The notes under the pieces: model-generated | Database searches by the model: none | The model's input: only the letters and a program-made list of their open reading frames with translations | Told to the model about the DNA's origin: nothing | Shown: one piece after another, positions 27,605 to 38,605 of the stretch | How positions within the stretch are numbered: position 1 is the stretch's first letter | Layout: each line of letters starts with the position of its first letter | Position numbers and translations under genes: made by a program | Assembly (NCBI GenBank): GCA_945863205.1 | Contig: CAMAZK010000001.1 | Location: 2,683-66,682 of the forward strand | DNA: 64,000 bases | Source: Akkermansia muciniphila | GTDB lineage: Bacteria > Verrucomicrobiota > Verrucomicrobiia > Verrucomicrobiales > Verrucomicrobiaceae | Direction of reading: 5' to 3'

Positions 27605-29773
27605 ATGCGCAAACCCCTCCACATCTGGATCACCTTCCTCGCCTGCTTCGCGCTGCTGCTCGCGGCGATGGCGTGGGTGAGCTGGCACACGCTGGCGCTG
27701 GAGCGCACGCGTGAGGAGGCGGCGCGGGATGCGGATCAGCAGGAGCGCGTGCGTCTCGCGCTGTGGCGCCTCGATTTCCAGGCCAGTGCGCTGCTGATGC
27801 GCGAGAACGCCCGCCCGCCGCATGATTTCCGACCGTTTCATGCGCCGGAGGGTCTGGTGAACAAGGCTTATGGCAATGTGGCCAAGGGTGACGTGCTCGT
27901 GCCATCGCCCTTGCTGGCCGAAGTGCCGGAGCATGTGCTGCTGCATTTCCAGATGGACACCAAGGGGCAGGTGATGTCCCCCCAGGTGCCGCAGAATGAC
28001 GAGCGGGCCTTGGCGCTGGCGCAGTTCATCAATGCGGACGATCTGACACGCAGCGAGCTGCGTCTCAGTGGCCTGCGTGCGCTTCTGGCGCAGCCTTCGA
28101 ATGCGATGACGCCGCGTCGCGAGGTTTCATCGTACGACTTTCTACGCCGAAGCCAGACACCCGCAGCACCGGCGCAGCCGCTGGTTCTCAATCGACGGCT
28201 GCTGGCCGAAACGGCCTGTGCGGTGAGTTTTGAATTTGATGATGCCCCGCCGTTCGAAGGCAACGATGCCAGCCTGCCGCGCAATGCGGCGTGGGCGGTG
28301 CAGCAGGGGCAGGCGGCGATGCAACAGTCACTTTTTAACAGCGCCGAAAACTCGTTCCGCAATCGCGCGGTCACGGCCCAGGCCGAGGAGGCGATCAAGC
28401 AGCAGCCGATGATCAAAGTGAAGGAACCGCCCGCCAAAGCGCTCGCCAAGACCGACATTCCCGAGGTGAAACCCGCCCCCGCTGCGAAGACGATGGAGAA
28501 GAAGGCGGAAGCGGCGGCTGACAAGGCGATGACGCCTGCGCCAATGGCCGCTGGCATCGCGGCGGCTGCCGCGCCTGCCGCGCCTGCCGCGAGCGTGATG
28601 CCTTCACTGGCGGCGGCCGCAGCTCAGGCCGATCTTGCACCGGGAGACGCGACCCCCAACGACGCGACGGTCGTCCCGCGCAAAAACGCACCCGCTCCGA
28701 ACAGCTCGCGTCCCTTCCAAGGCGTGTGGCTCGGCAAGAATCTCGTTCTCACGCGTGAAGCCTTCGTGGATGGCGTGCGCATGGTGCAGGGCGTGTGGCT
28801 GGACTGGCCGGAACTGCACGCCGCATGGCTGCGCGAGATCACGGATCTGTTTCCTGATGCGAAACTGGAGCCCGCCGCCAACACGAACGCAGGCACACGG
28901 CCAACGGACGACCCGCTGCGTTTCGCCGCGCTGCCGGTGCGTCTGGTTCCAGGCGTCATCCAGCTTCCGCCGCTTCCGTTCTGGACGCCGCTGCGCCGGT
29001 CCCTCGCCATCGCGCTGGCCTGCGTGCTGCTGGCCGCCGCCGCCGTGGGTCTCGTATTACACGGCACCGTGGCGTTGAGTGAACGCCGAGCGGATTTCGT
29101 CTCCGCCGTGACGCACGAGCTGCGCACGCCGCTGACCACGTTCCGCCTTTATTCGGAGATGCTCGCCGACGGGATGGTGACCGATGAAGCGCAGCGGAAG
29201 ACCTATCTCGACACGCTGACGGGTGAAGCGGGTCGCCTGAGTCATCTCGTTGAAAATGTGCTGGCCTACGCACGGCTCGAGCGCGGCAGCGGCAAGGCTC
29301 GTGCCGAGAACGTGACCATTGGCGAATTGCTGGACCGCATCCTGCCGCGTTTGAAGCAACGCGCCGACGACTGTGGCATGGAGGTGCGCGTGCATGCCAC
29401 GGAGATGGATCGCAAAACGCAGTTGCACATCGACGCGGCGGCGGTGGAGCAGATCCTTTTCAATCTCGTCGATAACGCCTGCAAATACGCCGCCCCGCGT
29501 GCAGCGGAGCCCGTGATCCACGTCGAGGCGGACACGAGCGGCAAGTTCGCCATGCTGCGCGTGCGCGATCACGGCGGCGGCATCTCACGCAGCGAGCGGC
29601 GGCGCATTTTTCATCCGTTTCACAAAAGCGCCGATCAGGCCGCACACTCCGCTCCAGGCGTGGGACTCGGGCTCGCGCTCTGCCAGCGGCTGGCGACTGC
29701 GCTGGGCGGTGCGATCACGCTGGATGCGGCGCACAAGGACGGTGCGTGCTTTGTGCTGCGACTGCCGAAGTAG
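27605..29773 (+). CDS. membrane sensor histidine kinase with large Ala/Pro-rich extracytoplasmic region
   Basis: Two TM helices, VTHELRTPL, NLVDNACKY, DHGGGI, GVGLGL. Confidence 0.93.
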   Translation: MRKPLHIWITFLACFALLLAAMAWVSWHTLALERTREEAARDADQQERVRLALWRLDFQASALLMRENARPPHDFRPFHAPEGLVNKAYGNVAKGDVLVPSPLLAEVPEHVLLHFQMDTKGQVMSPQVPQNDERALALAQFINADDLTRSELRLSGLRALLAQPSNAMTPRREVSSYDFLRRSQTPAAPAQPLVLNRRLLAETACAVSFEFDDAPPFEGNDASLPRNAAWAVQQGQAAMQQSLFNSAENSFRNRAVTAQAEEAIKQQPMIKVKEPPAKALAKTDIPEVKPAPAAKTMEKKAEAAADKAMTPAPMAAGIAAAAAPAAPAASVMPSLAAAAAQADLAPGDATPNDATVVPRKNAPAPNSSRPFQGVWLGKNLVLTREAFVDGVRMVQGVWLDWPELHAAWLREITDLFPDAKLEPAANTNAGTRPTDDPLRFAALPVRLVPGVIQLPPLPFWTPLRRSLAIALACVLLAAAAVGLVLHGTVALSERRADFVSAVTHELRTPLTTFRLYSEMLADGMVTDEAQRKTYLDTLTGEAGRLSHLVENVLAYARLERGSGKARAENVTIGELLDRILPRLKQRADDCGMEVRVHATEMDRKTQLHIDAAAVEQILFNLVDNACKYAAPRAAEPVIHVEADTSGKFAMLRVRDHGGGISRSERRRIFHPFHKSADQAAHSAPGVGLGLALCQRLATALGGAITLDAAHKDGACFVLRLPK

Positions 29774-29804
29774 GGTTCATCTTCCGCCGGTGAGGGCAGT
29801 CGGG

Positions 29805-32800
29805 TCATGGCGAGGTCACGCGCAGACGCATGAAGCGCCTGCCGCCAGGGGCGATCAGCTCGGTATCGCCGACTTTCACGGTGGTGCGGCCTGCGGCGGT
29901 CGATTCGATGATTCGCGCGGTGCCGCCTGCGGTCCAGGTCCAGGCCGCATTGCCGGCTTTTTGCGCAAGTTGGCTCCAGCCGCTGGTGATGGCCGTGGAG
30001 ACTTCGATCGAGTAGCTGACGTCGGCTGGCGTGATCTCCGGCAGATCGCATTGAAGGACGAGGCGTCCTGCCAGTTCGGCCTCCACCGCGTCGCTCCGAG
30101 CCTGTGGCAGTGCTGAGGCGCCATTGGCGGCGGTGCCTGAGGTCGGCAGGCGACCGAGGGCGTATTCGAGGAGGTTCGCCAGGCCGTCGAGATCGAAGTC
30201 TTCGAGGTCGGCCCCGTTGCCGCTGTTGGCAGATCTGCCGAAATGCGTCTGACGCCACTGCTCCAGAGGAGAAAGTGAGACATCAAGGATGAGCACGGTG
30301 GTGACGGCATTTTCAGCCAGGCTGGTGCCGCCGAGAGGGGTGCCGAGCTGCACGGTGAGAAATTCATCCGGCTCGGTCGTGCCATCGGTGGTCGCGGGGA
30401 TGGTGATGATCTTGTCGGCCGTGTCGCCGTCCGCCCAGGAAAGGGTGCCGTTCTGCGCGGTGAAGTCAGCGGGGCCAGCGCTGCCGGTGAGAGTGGCGTA
30501 GCTGATGCTGATCGCGCCCAGGCTGCCGCCCACGCGGCGCACGAGCACGCTGGCGCTGCCGCCCTCTGCCACCTGCACTGCGCCAGGCACAAACTCCACC
30601 TGCCCGCTCGGCGCGGACTGGGCGCTGAAGACGCGCTTCACACCCGTCTGCCCCGCGCCAAATTCGTCCAGCGTGATGAGCACGCGGGTGTCCGGCTGCA
30701 TGAGCACCTGGTAGCAGTGATTGGGAAACAAGGGACCACTGCCAAAGGTGAGAGGAATGTCCGGCGCAAAGCTGTCATCCAGTGCCCCGGTGGACAGCAG
30801 TCTGCCGACGCGGTCGCGGGAAGCCCCAGCCAGACTGGTCATCTGTCCGCCGAGGAGGATTTTCCCATCCCCCTGGACATAAATCGACCGCACGGATTCG
30901 TCGGCCCCGGTGCCGACAGCCGTCGTAAAGGCCGTCTCCACCGCGCCATTGCTTCCTAGGCGCACGATGCGGTTCACGCTCGTGCCGTTGAAAGCGGTGA
31001 AATCCCCACCGGCCACGACCCGCCCGTCCGCCTGCACGGCGATGGACCACACCCGCCGGAGCGAGCCCACACTGCCGGGCGTGTGCGCTCCCGTGCCGAT
31101 GTTGAAGGTCGTGTCCACCGCACCTGTGCTGCCCAGCTTCAACATGCCGCTGGAAAAGCCGCCCGGGAAGATCGTGGCGAAACCGCTGTAGATCTGCCCG
31201 CCGACGAGCAGGCCGCCATCTGCCTGCAGCGCCAGGCATTCCACCTCCATCTCGACGATGCCACTGATCGGCGTGGCGAGGAAGCCGGTATCGAGCGAGC
31301 CGTCCGCATGCAGCTGTGCCACACCACGACGCGGCGAGCCGCTGACATTGAGAAAGTAGCCGCCGAGGACGATGCGGCCGTCAGGACGGATGACGACATC
31401 ATTCACCACTCCGTCAGGCCCTGTGCCGGGATCGAAGCTGCCGTCCAGGCTGCCGTCCGAGTTCAGTCGCGCCACGCGGTTGCGGCTGACGCCGTGGATC
31501 GTGGTGAAGCCGCCCGCGATGACCAGCTTGCCATCCGCCTGGCGTGCGATGGCGTACACCGGCAGCAAATTCGACCCGCTGCCGCCGATGAAGGCCGTAT
31601 CGAGCACCCCGTTCGCCTCCAGGCGGCCCACGCCATTGACCGGAGTGGAGGCGACGTTGGACGCGCGGCCCACGAAAGCCAGCCGCCCGTCCGGCTGCAC
31701 GACGATCTCACGGATGGAGCCCGAATTGTTCAAGAATCCATGGGCGAAGCTGGAGTCCGCCGCGCCGGGCTCGCGGATGCTGGCCGTGATGCTGCTGCTG
31801 CCGAGGATGATGCCGCCGCTGATGCCGCTGAGCGTGAGCGTGAAGCTTTCCGAGCCTTCCGCCACGGCGTCGGCCACGATGGGGATGTTCACGGTCTTTG
31901 GTGCGGCATCCCCATCCGCCCAGTTCACGACCGTGTTCACCGCGGCAAAGTCCGCCGGTGCGGTGGCGGTGCCGTCGCTGGTGCTGAGCGTGACCGAGAC
32001 GGCCCCGGCGGCATTGTTTTCCCGCTTCAGCACCACGGCCAGGCTGCCGCCGGCCTCGTCCACATCGTAGGATGTCTGGGAAAAGGAAACACGCGCATCG
32101 TAGGTCAGCGCCACGTCGATGTACTCCGCCGAGCCAGAGCCCCCGGAGCCGGTGACCGTGAGGTGAATGCCCGCGGCATTGTCATCGAACGTGCTGCCGA
32201 CATTGAGCGAGGCGTCCCTCGCATCAGCACCGGGCGTGTCGATGTCGATGAGTTTGCTCGTGTTTTGATAGTCGTAGCCCCAGATGATGTAAGCGCCGCT
32301 ACTGACGTCTGAATGCGTGGAGTGGCCGGCGAACTGCCTGCGGTAGCTGATCCAGTAGTTCTCCTCCGAAGTGCGCGGGACACGCAGGGCCAGCGTGTCC
32401 GTGAGGACGGCACTGGCATGGTCAAAACGATAGATGCGGTGCGTGCCCCCCGTCAGCGGCGTCTGCACGGCGCTGTTCGGCAGCCAGTCGATGCGATTGA
32501 GGAACCACGGATTGAAATGATCCCGCTGCACGCCGCCCGTGTTGCTCGGACTGCTGCCCATCATGTCAAACACGTCGCCATATTCGGTCGGGGTGCCTGC
32601 TGGATCCACGGGATCGGTGCTGGCTCCGGGGATCTGCCAGAGGTTCGCATGACGCAGGCCGAAATTATGCCCGAACTCATGCACCACCAAGCCTTGTGAG
32701 AAGGTGCCGTTGTACCAAGTGAAAACATCGCCGATCTGACCGAGCCCGCCATAGGTGATCTGGGATCCGGGAATGGACGAGAGGCTGGAAAAAACCAGCG

Positions 32801-34037
32801 CCACGCGGTCATAGTTCCCCGGGGTGAAGCCCGCCGTCGTGGCCAGCTCCAGCGCATCGAGCCGCATCTGGCTGTTCAGGCCGCCAGTCGCGTAGGTGCT
32901 CGCCGATTGCGGCATGCGCAGCACGCCGGTGACGTCTCCGGCTGCCAGCGTCATCGATGACTTGTTGTAGGACACCTGGCTGATCCATGGCGACACCTCC
33001 GCCGTGATCCGGTTGGTCAAATAAGCGGCATCCATCACGGTGGCGCCGCTGTCCACGGGCGCGCCCGCCTTGTCACTGAAGTCCACGCGGATCACCAGCA
33101 GGGACTTCACGCCCTCTGTGAAGGAAGAGGCTCCCAGCTCCACCTCGCCGCCGGGCGCGGAAGTGGTCTGCCCCGCGTTGGCTTCCAGCAGCGGCCCCGC
33201 CGTCTGCTCTGCCGCGGTCCATTCCGCTGCCAGCGCCGCAGCATGCGCGTCGCAGCAGACCTGCACCGCTCTCCCGCCTGAAATCCACGCCGTCTCACTC
33301 GCCACCGTCTCGTGCCCGGGCATGGCCACCGGGTCCAATCGCAGCAGCGGCAGCGGCTCGCCCGTCTCCATGCGGCGCAGCGGAGCGTCCAGGACGGCCA
33401 GTTCCGCATCCACAGCGATCCCCTCCACGGGCAGCCCGCGTTTGCTGTCCACACGCTCGCGCAGACCGTACACATGCGCGTTCAGCACCTCGCCTGCGAT
33501 CACCATTTCACGTCGCATGGCCGGTCCCGGATCGATCGCATCGGTCCCGCGCACCGCCGCCAGGACCGAATAGTCGCCGAGGGCTGACACACGCCGCTCC
33601 AGCAGCTCCACGATCTGTGGCGGCAGGCGGTTGCGGTCCTGCCATGGCACCGCCAGCGCGATCGCCGTCTGCGGCTCGCTGACGATCAGCCTCTTCAGCG
33701 CGGCGCGTCGTTCCTGTGCCAGTCGCACGCCCTCCTCGATCATCGTAGCGGCTAGCGGAGCCGCCGGATCGTCTGGCAGAGTCTTCAACCACTCGTCAAA
33801 ACGATGAAACACCTCGCCAACGGTCGTCGGCAGCGCTGCGACCGCCCGGGCGTGCACCTCGTTCGTGGCCGCCTCAGTTTGCACCTCGGGTGCTATAGGC
33901 ATCACAGTCACTTGCGGCACGGGAAGCGGGGTCGTCGATGGCGGCGATTTTTGACGGGAATCTTGCTAGGTCCACAGCACCAGCAGGAGCGCGAAAACAA
34001 CAAGTGCGAAGAAGTAACGGTTTTGTCGCGTGTTCAT
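29805..34037 (-). CDS. large surface metalloprotease (M11/M6-like) with Calx-beta and delta-60 repeats; in-frame TAG at codon 24
   Basis: HEFGHNFGLRH zincin motif, EYGDVFDMMG, two Calx-beta domains, repeated Q.DG.I...G / LD..F units, C-terminal DFDLDGLANLLEYALG...RFMRLRV. The N-terminal anchor from 34037 is in frame across the TAG at 33966-33968. Confidence 0.75.
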
Positions 34038-34088
34038 GGTCAGCTTCGCGAATCCTGCGACGAAATCGTCCCTAGGTCCATCTATTCC

Positions 34089-35459
34089 ATGCGCACCCTT
34101 CTTTTCGCCTCCTGCCTGCTCGCCGCCAGTCTTCACGCAGCGCCGAACATTCTCCTCGTCGTCAGCGATGATCAGCGGCCGGACACGATCCACGCCCTTG
34201 GCAATGCGATCATCGAAACACCCACGCTCGACCGCCTCGTCGCCAGCGGCACGTCATTCACCCGCGCCTACTCCGGCTATCCCATCTGCTACGCCAGCCG
34301 TGCGCAGATCCTGACCGGCACGCCCGCTTTCAAAGCTCTGGCCAAATATCCCGGCGGCGCGGTGAATCCACAGCTCGCCACCATGGCGGCGACTTTGCAA
34401 AAAGCCGGTTATCACACCTGCTACACCGGCAAGTGGCACAACGACGGCCATCCCATGCAGCGCGGTTACACCACCACGAGCGGACTCTATTCGAGCGGAG
34501 GCGCCAAAGGTTTCACGCAGCCGGACATCGACGATCGTGGTCGTCCGCTCACGGGTTATCGAGGCTGGACCTTCAAAGACGCCGACAACAAGGCCGGACT
34601 CGACAAAGGCGTCGGCCTGCAGCCGGATAACAGCCGCCATGTCGCCGAGGGCGCGATTCAGGGCATTCAAAACGCGCCGAAGGACAAGCCGTGGTTTGTG
34701 CACGTGAACTTCGCCTTCCCGCACGATCCGCGCATGTGGCCCGCCGGCATGAAGAACCGCTACGACGCGGCCAAAATGGTGCTGCCAGTCAATTTCGCCA
34801 AGGATCACCCCTTCGATCACGGCAATCGCGGCGGACGCGACGAAGTGCTGCTGCCGATCCCGCGTGTCGAAAGCGAAGTGAAGGAGGAACTCGCGCTCTA
34901 CTACGCCATGATCACCGACCTCGACGCGCAGCTCGGCCGCATCATCGCCGCGCTGCCTTCATCCGAAGAGACGATCATCATCTTCACTGCCGATCAGGGT
35001 CTCGCCCTCGGCAGCCACGGCCTGCTCGGCAAGCAGAACGAATACGAGCACAGCATCCGCAGCCCCTTCATCATCAGCGGTCCCGGCTTGCCGAAAAACG
35101 AGCGCAGCGCAGCTCTGATCAACCTCAGCGACATCTTTCCCACCCTCTGCGACCTCGCCGGCATCCCCATTCCGCACACCGTGGAATCCAAAAGCCTCGT
35201 CCCGCTCCTGCGCCATCAAACCGACCACATCCACGACCACGCCTACGGCACCTTCACCGACACCCAGCGCATGATCTGCGACGAGCGCTGGAAATTCGTG
35301 CTCTATCCCAAAGCCGGCCGCGAGCAGCTCTTCGACCTGCACAATGATCCGCACGAACTCCACGACCTCAGCGCCGACTCCGCGCACGCCGCGAAGCGCG
35401 ATGAGCTGAAGGCGCACTTGCAGGCATGGCGTCAGGCGAATAGCGATCCGAACCTCTGA
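34089..35459 (+). CDS. sulfatase (formylglycine-dependent)
   Basis: PNILLVVSDDQR, CYASRAQILTG, GKWH, FPHDP, ADQG, GKQN. Confidence 0.92.
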   Translation: MRTLLFASCLLAASLHAAPNILLVVSDDQRPDTIHALGNAIIETPTLDRLVASGTSFTRAYSGYPICYASRAQILTGTPAFKALAKYPGGAVNPQLATMAATLQKAGYHTCYTGKWHNDGHPMQRGYTTTSGLYSSGGAKGFTQPDIDDRGRPLTGYRGWTFKDADNKAGLDKGVGLQPDNSRHVAEGAIQGIQNAPKDKPWFVHVNFAFPHDPRMWPAGMKNRYDAAKMVLPVNFAKDHPFDHGNRGGRDEVLLPIPRVESEVKEELALYYAMITDLDAQLGRIIAALPSSEETIIIFTADQGLALGSHGLLGKQNEYEHSIRSPFIISGPGLPKNERSAALINLSDIFPTLCDLAGIPIPHTVESKSLVPLLRHQTDHIHDHAYGTFTDTQRMICDERWKFVLYPKAGREQLFDLHNDPHELHDLSADSAHAAKRDELKAHLQAWRQANSDPNL

Positions 35460-35484
35460 GCAACCCCTTCACTTTGGCAACGTC

Positions 35485-36759
35485 ATGAAACAGCTCGCAC
35501 TTCTGACTCTCCTTCTGTTTGGATTTTCAGCCGCCGCACAGACGCCGAAAGCGAAGATACCCAAGCCCGCGCCGCCCCCACTGCCTCCGCTGAAGTATTC
35601 GCTCGAGGATGCCTTCGGCGGGTTGAGCTTTTCCATGCCGGTGGCCGTGGTGAGCGCTCCAGGTGAGAAGGATTGCGTGTTCGTGGTGGAAAAGACGGGC
35701 GCCATTCAGATGGTCGTCGGATTCGATCAGCCAAAACCGGAGAAGCGAATTTTTGCCGATCTGCGCGAGCGTTCGGACGGAATTTTCGAGGACAAGGGCG
35801 AGTGCGGCCTCCTGGGACTCGCGTTTCATCCGAACTTTGCGAACAACGGCTTTTGCTACGTCGCCTACAGTCTGCGGATCGACGGCCAACTGCATCAGCG
35901 GATCTCACGTCTGAATTTCGCCCTGCCTGAGGTCTTCGTCGAGCAGCCTTTGATCACGCAGCCCGACCCTGCAGGCAATCACAACGGCGGCGATCTCCAC
36001 TTCGGGCCCGACGGTTATCTTTATGCGAGCGTCGGCGACGGCGGCGGAGCCAACGACGCCTTCGACAACGCGCGCTTCATCCACAAGGACTTCCACGCCG
36101 CGATCCTGCGCATCGACGTGGACCAAAAACCCGGCAGTCTGCCGCCGAATCCGCATCCCGCCGTGCATGCCGGCACTTACGCGGTGCCTGCGGACAATCC
36201 CTTCGTCGGAGCCACCTCGCATCACGGGGAGAAGCTCGATCCCGCCACCGTGCGCACCGAGATCTGGGCCACGGGCCTGCGTAATGTCTGGCGCTTCAGC
36301 TTTGACCCGCCCACGGGAAGGCTCTTCGCGGCCGATGTGGGCCAGAACCTCTACGAAGAGGTCAATCTGATCGAAAAAGGCGGCGACTACGGCTGGAGCC
36401 ATCGCGAGGGATTTCATGCGTTCGATCTCGGTCCGGGAAAGGACGTGCCGCCTGCGGATTTTCATCCCGTCGATCCCATCTTCGAGTATCCGCGCAGCAC
36501 GGGCCTCAGCATCACCGGTGGTTGTGTTTATCGCGGTGCGAAGTTTCCCGAGTTCAGCGGTGCGTATTTCTGCGCCGACTACGCCTTCGGCCGCGTGATC
36601 GTCCTGCGGGAGAAGAACGGGAAGTGGGGGCACGAGATCATCGCCTTCGAGCCCTCCATCACCGGCATCCATGTCGATCCGCGCGACGGCGAACTGCTGT
36701 TCTGCAACATGGCAAAAGGAAGAATCATGCGTCTGGCCGGGACCGGACGCCAACCCTGA
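35485..36759 (+). CDS. PQQ-dependent sugar dehydrogenase (GSDH family)
   Basis: GLLGLAFHPNF, NHNGGDLHFGPDGYLY, GLRNVWRFSFD, DVGQ, SITGG. Confidence 0.88.
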   Translation: MKQLALLTLLLFGFSAAAQTPKAKIPKPAPPPLPPLKYSLEDAFGGLSFSMPVAVVSAPGEKDCVFVVEKTGAIQMVVGFDQPKPEKRIFADLRERSDGIFEDKGECGLLGLAFHPNFANNGFCYVAYSLRIDGQLHQRISRLNFALPEVFVEQPLITQPDPAGNHNGGDLHFGPDGYLYASVGDGGGANDAFDNARFIHKDFHAAILRIDVDQKPGSLPPNPHPAVHAGTYAVPADNPFVGATSHHGEKLDPATVRTEIWATGLRNVWRFSFDPPTGRLFAADVGQNLYEEVNLIEKGGDYGWSHREGFHAFDLGPGKDVPPADFHPVDPIFEYPRSTGLSITGGCVYRGAKFPEFSGAYFCADYAFGRVIVLREKNGKWGHEIIAFEPSITGIHVDPRDGELLFCNMAKGRIMRLAGTGRQP

Positions 36760-36896
36760 AGACGAATTTGTCGGATGAGCGGCACTGCCTGCGATCGCAA
36801 TCAGAAGACAGCACGATAAGAATCAATTCTGCTGTCTTCCAAAGCCTTGCCAACCCGCCCTCTTTTCACCAATGACGAGCTGAACTTCGCACCGCC

Positions 36897-38183
36897 ATGT
36901 CCCACCAACCTCTCAACATCCACGCCGGCACGCAGATCGTCACGAAGGTCGGCGTGCATGGCAGCAACAACGCCCTCGTCCATCCACGTGGTGCGGTGGG
37001 CATCGTCACCCGCACGCCCTGCGGGAATGAGCAGCACTTCCTCGTCCGCTTTCCAGATGGTTTCGAGGCCTCGCTGCTGCGCGAGGAGCTGGAGGTGCTG
37101 AAGCTCTTCAAAGACCGCCTCGATCCCGCTGGCGCGAGCGACTTCGATCTCGAAGAGCACGTCATCTACCGCTGCATCGTCGGCTCCCGCGCCTACGGAC
37201 TCGAAACCGAGACCTCCGACACCGACTTGCGTGGCATCTACCTCGCTCCGGCGGAGTTGCAGTGGTCGCTTTACGGCGCACCGGAGCAGTTTGAGGACAA
37301 CGCCTCGCAGAGCTGTTACTGGGAACTGCAAAAGTTCCTCGTCATGGCCCTCAAGGCCAACCCGAACATCCTCGAATGCCTCTACTCGCCCCTCGTGGAC
37401 AAGGTCACGCCCATCGGTGAGCGACTCCTCGCCATCCGCGACCGCTTTCTCTCCCAGATGATCTTCCAGACCTTCATCGGTTACGCGCTGAGCCAGTTCA
37501 AGAAGATCGAGCAAGACCTCCGCAACCACGGCGAAGTGCGCTGGAAGCACGCCATGCACCTCCTCCGCCTCCTCATGACCGGAGCCGCCACCCTCCGCGA
37601 AGGCCGCGTCCCCGTCCACGTCGGCCCCCGTCGCGACGAACTCCTCGCCGTCAAACGCGGCGAACTGAGCTGGGAAAAAGTCGATGCGTGGCGGCAGGCA
37701 CTGCACCATGACTTTGAGCAGGCGCTGATCGAAACAAAATTGCCCGAGAGGCCGGACTATGAAGTGGCAAATGAGTTGCTGCTCACTGCGAGGAACGAAA
37801 GCGCCAAGTCGTTCGCAAGATCATCCGCATCGCTCCAACTTGTAGTACTGCGAACAAATGACTTCGAACGTGCCGTCCCATTTTACCAATGTCTCGGCCT
37901 CCAACTCGTTCGCCACAAGCACGGCAACGGCCCTGAGCATTTCGCCACTGAAGCCTCGACCGGCGTTTTTGAATTGTATCCACTTTCAAAAGACGGAAGC
38001 AGCACCTTGGGCACGCGAATTGGCTTTCGGGTGGCGTCTGTCGATGCTGCCATCGCGCAAGTGATCGAGCACTCGCCCTCAGCAGTCATCACCGCACCGC
38101 ATGACTCCGAATGGGGCCGCAGAGCCGTAATCGCGGACCCAGACGGGCATCGAGTCGAACTCAGGGAGCTGGAAACACCGTAA
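36897..38183 (+). CDS. RlaP/YcgL-like pol-beta nucleotidyltransferase fused to a C-terminal VOC/glyoxalase domain
   Basis: GSRAYGL...SDTDLRG, KANPNILE, KHAMHLLRLL, LPERPD; then LVVLR...FY..LG...WGRRAVIADPDGHRVEL. Confidence 0.8.
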   Translation: MSHQPLNIHAGTQIVTKVGVHGSNNALVHPRGAVGIVTRTPCGNEQHFLVRFPDGFEASLLREELEVLKLFKDRLDPAGASDFDLEEHVIYRCIVGSRAYGLETETSDTDLRGIYLAPAELQWSLYGAPEQFEDNASQSCYWELQKFLVMALKANPNILECLYSPLVDKVTPIGERLLAIRDRFLSQMIFQTFIGYALSQFKKIEQDLRNHGEVRWKHAMHLLRLLMTGAATLREGRVPVHVGPRRDELLAVKRGELSWEKVDAWRQALHHDFEQALIETKLPERPDYEVANELLLTARNESAKSFARSSASLQLVVLRTNDFERAVPFYQCLGLQLVRHKHGNGPEHFATEASTGVFELYPLSKDGSSTLGTRIGFRVASVDAAIAQVIEHSPSAVITAPHDSEWGRRAVIADPDGHRVELRELETP

Positions 38184-38601
38184 AGCCGAGGAATAGCGCG
38201 GCTTTACGCAAGCCCTTGTCCGTGCTTACCACTTCGGATTCATTTGCTCGTTTGGCAGCGGCGAGGTGGAGCCCGTCATTGGTGCGGAGAAAGATCGGCG
38301 GACATTGACTCAGGCAGGACTCCAGAATGCTGTAATACTCAGCCTCCAGCTCTGGTGTGATGGGTTCCTCCTTGAACGGACCCAATGTGATGAGCGCACA
38401 AAACGCGGCATGCATGGTCTCGGTGGAGCCAGAACTCAGCGAACCCTCTGCCTCGCGACGTCGCAGCACGGCGCGCAATTCGAGCCTGCCAGTCTCGCTC
38501 ACGGTGATGTTTGGCGTTTTGGCAGCGTGCGTTTCAAAAGCGAGGCTGTCTGCCTCCTCGACATATAGTTTTGCCAGCGCCGAGGTGTCCCAGTAGCTCA
38601 T
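38161..38601 (-). CDS. PIN-domain (VapC-like) toxin
   Basis: SYWDTSALAKLY, conserved Glu, LRTNDGLHLAAA, STD. Confidence 0.85.
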   Translation of the reverse strand: MSYWDTSALAKLYVEEADSLAFETHAAKTPNITVSETGRLELRAVLRRREAEGSLSSGSTETMHAAFCALITLGPFKEEPITPELEAEYYSILESCLSQCPPIFLRTNDGLHLAAAKRANESEVVSTDKGLRKAALFLGFTVFPAP

Positions 38602-38605
38602 GGGA

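Noticed and set aside
28540-28625. GCCGCGCCT tandem repeat in the kinase gene
   Set aside because: Explained by the Ala/Pro low-complexity linker; frame-preserving, so not a phase-variation tract.
34089-35459. Non-canonical sulfatase motif CYASR
   Set aside because: C-x-A-x-R is a known tolerated variant of the formylglycine motif.
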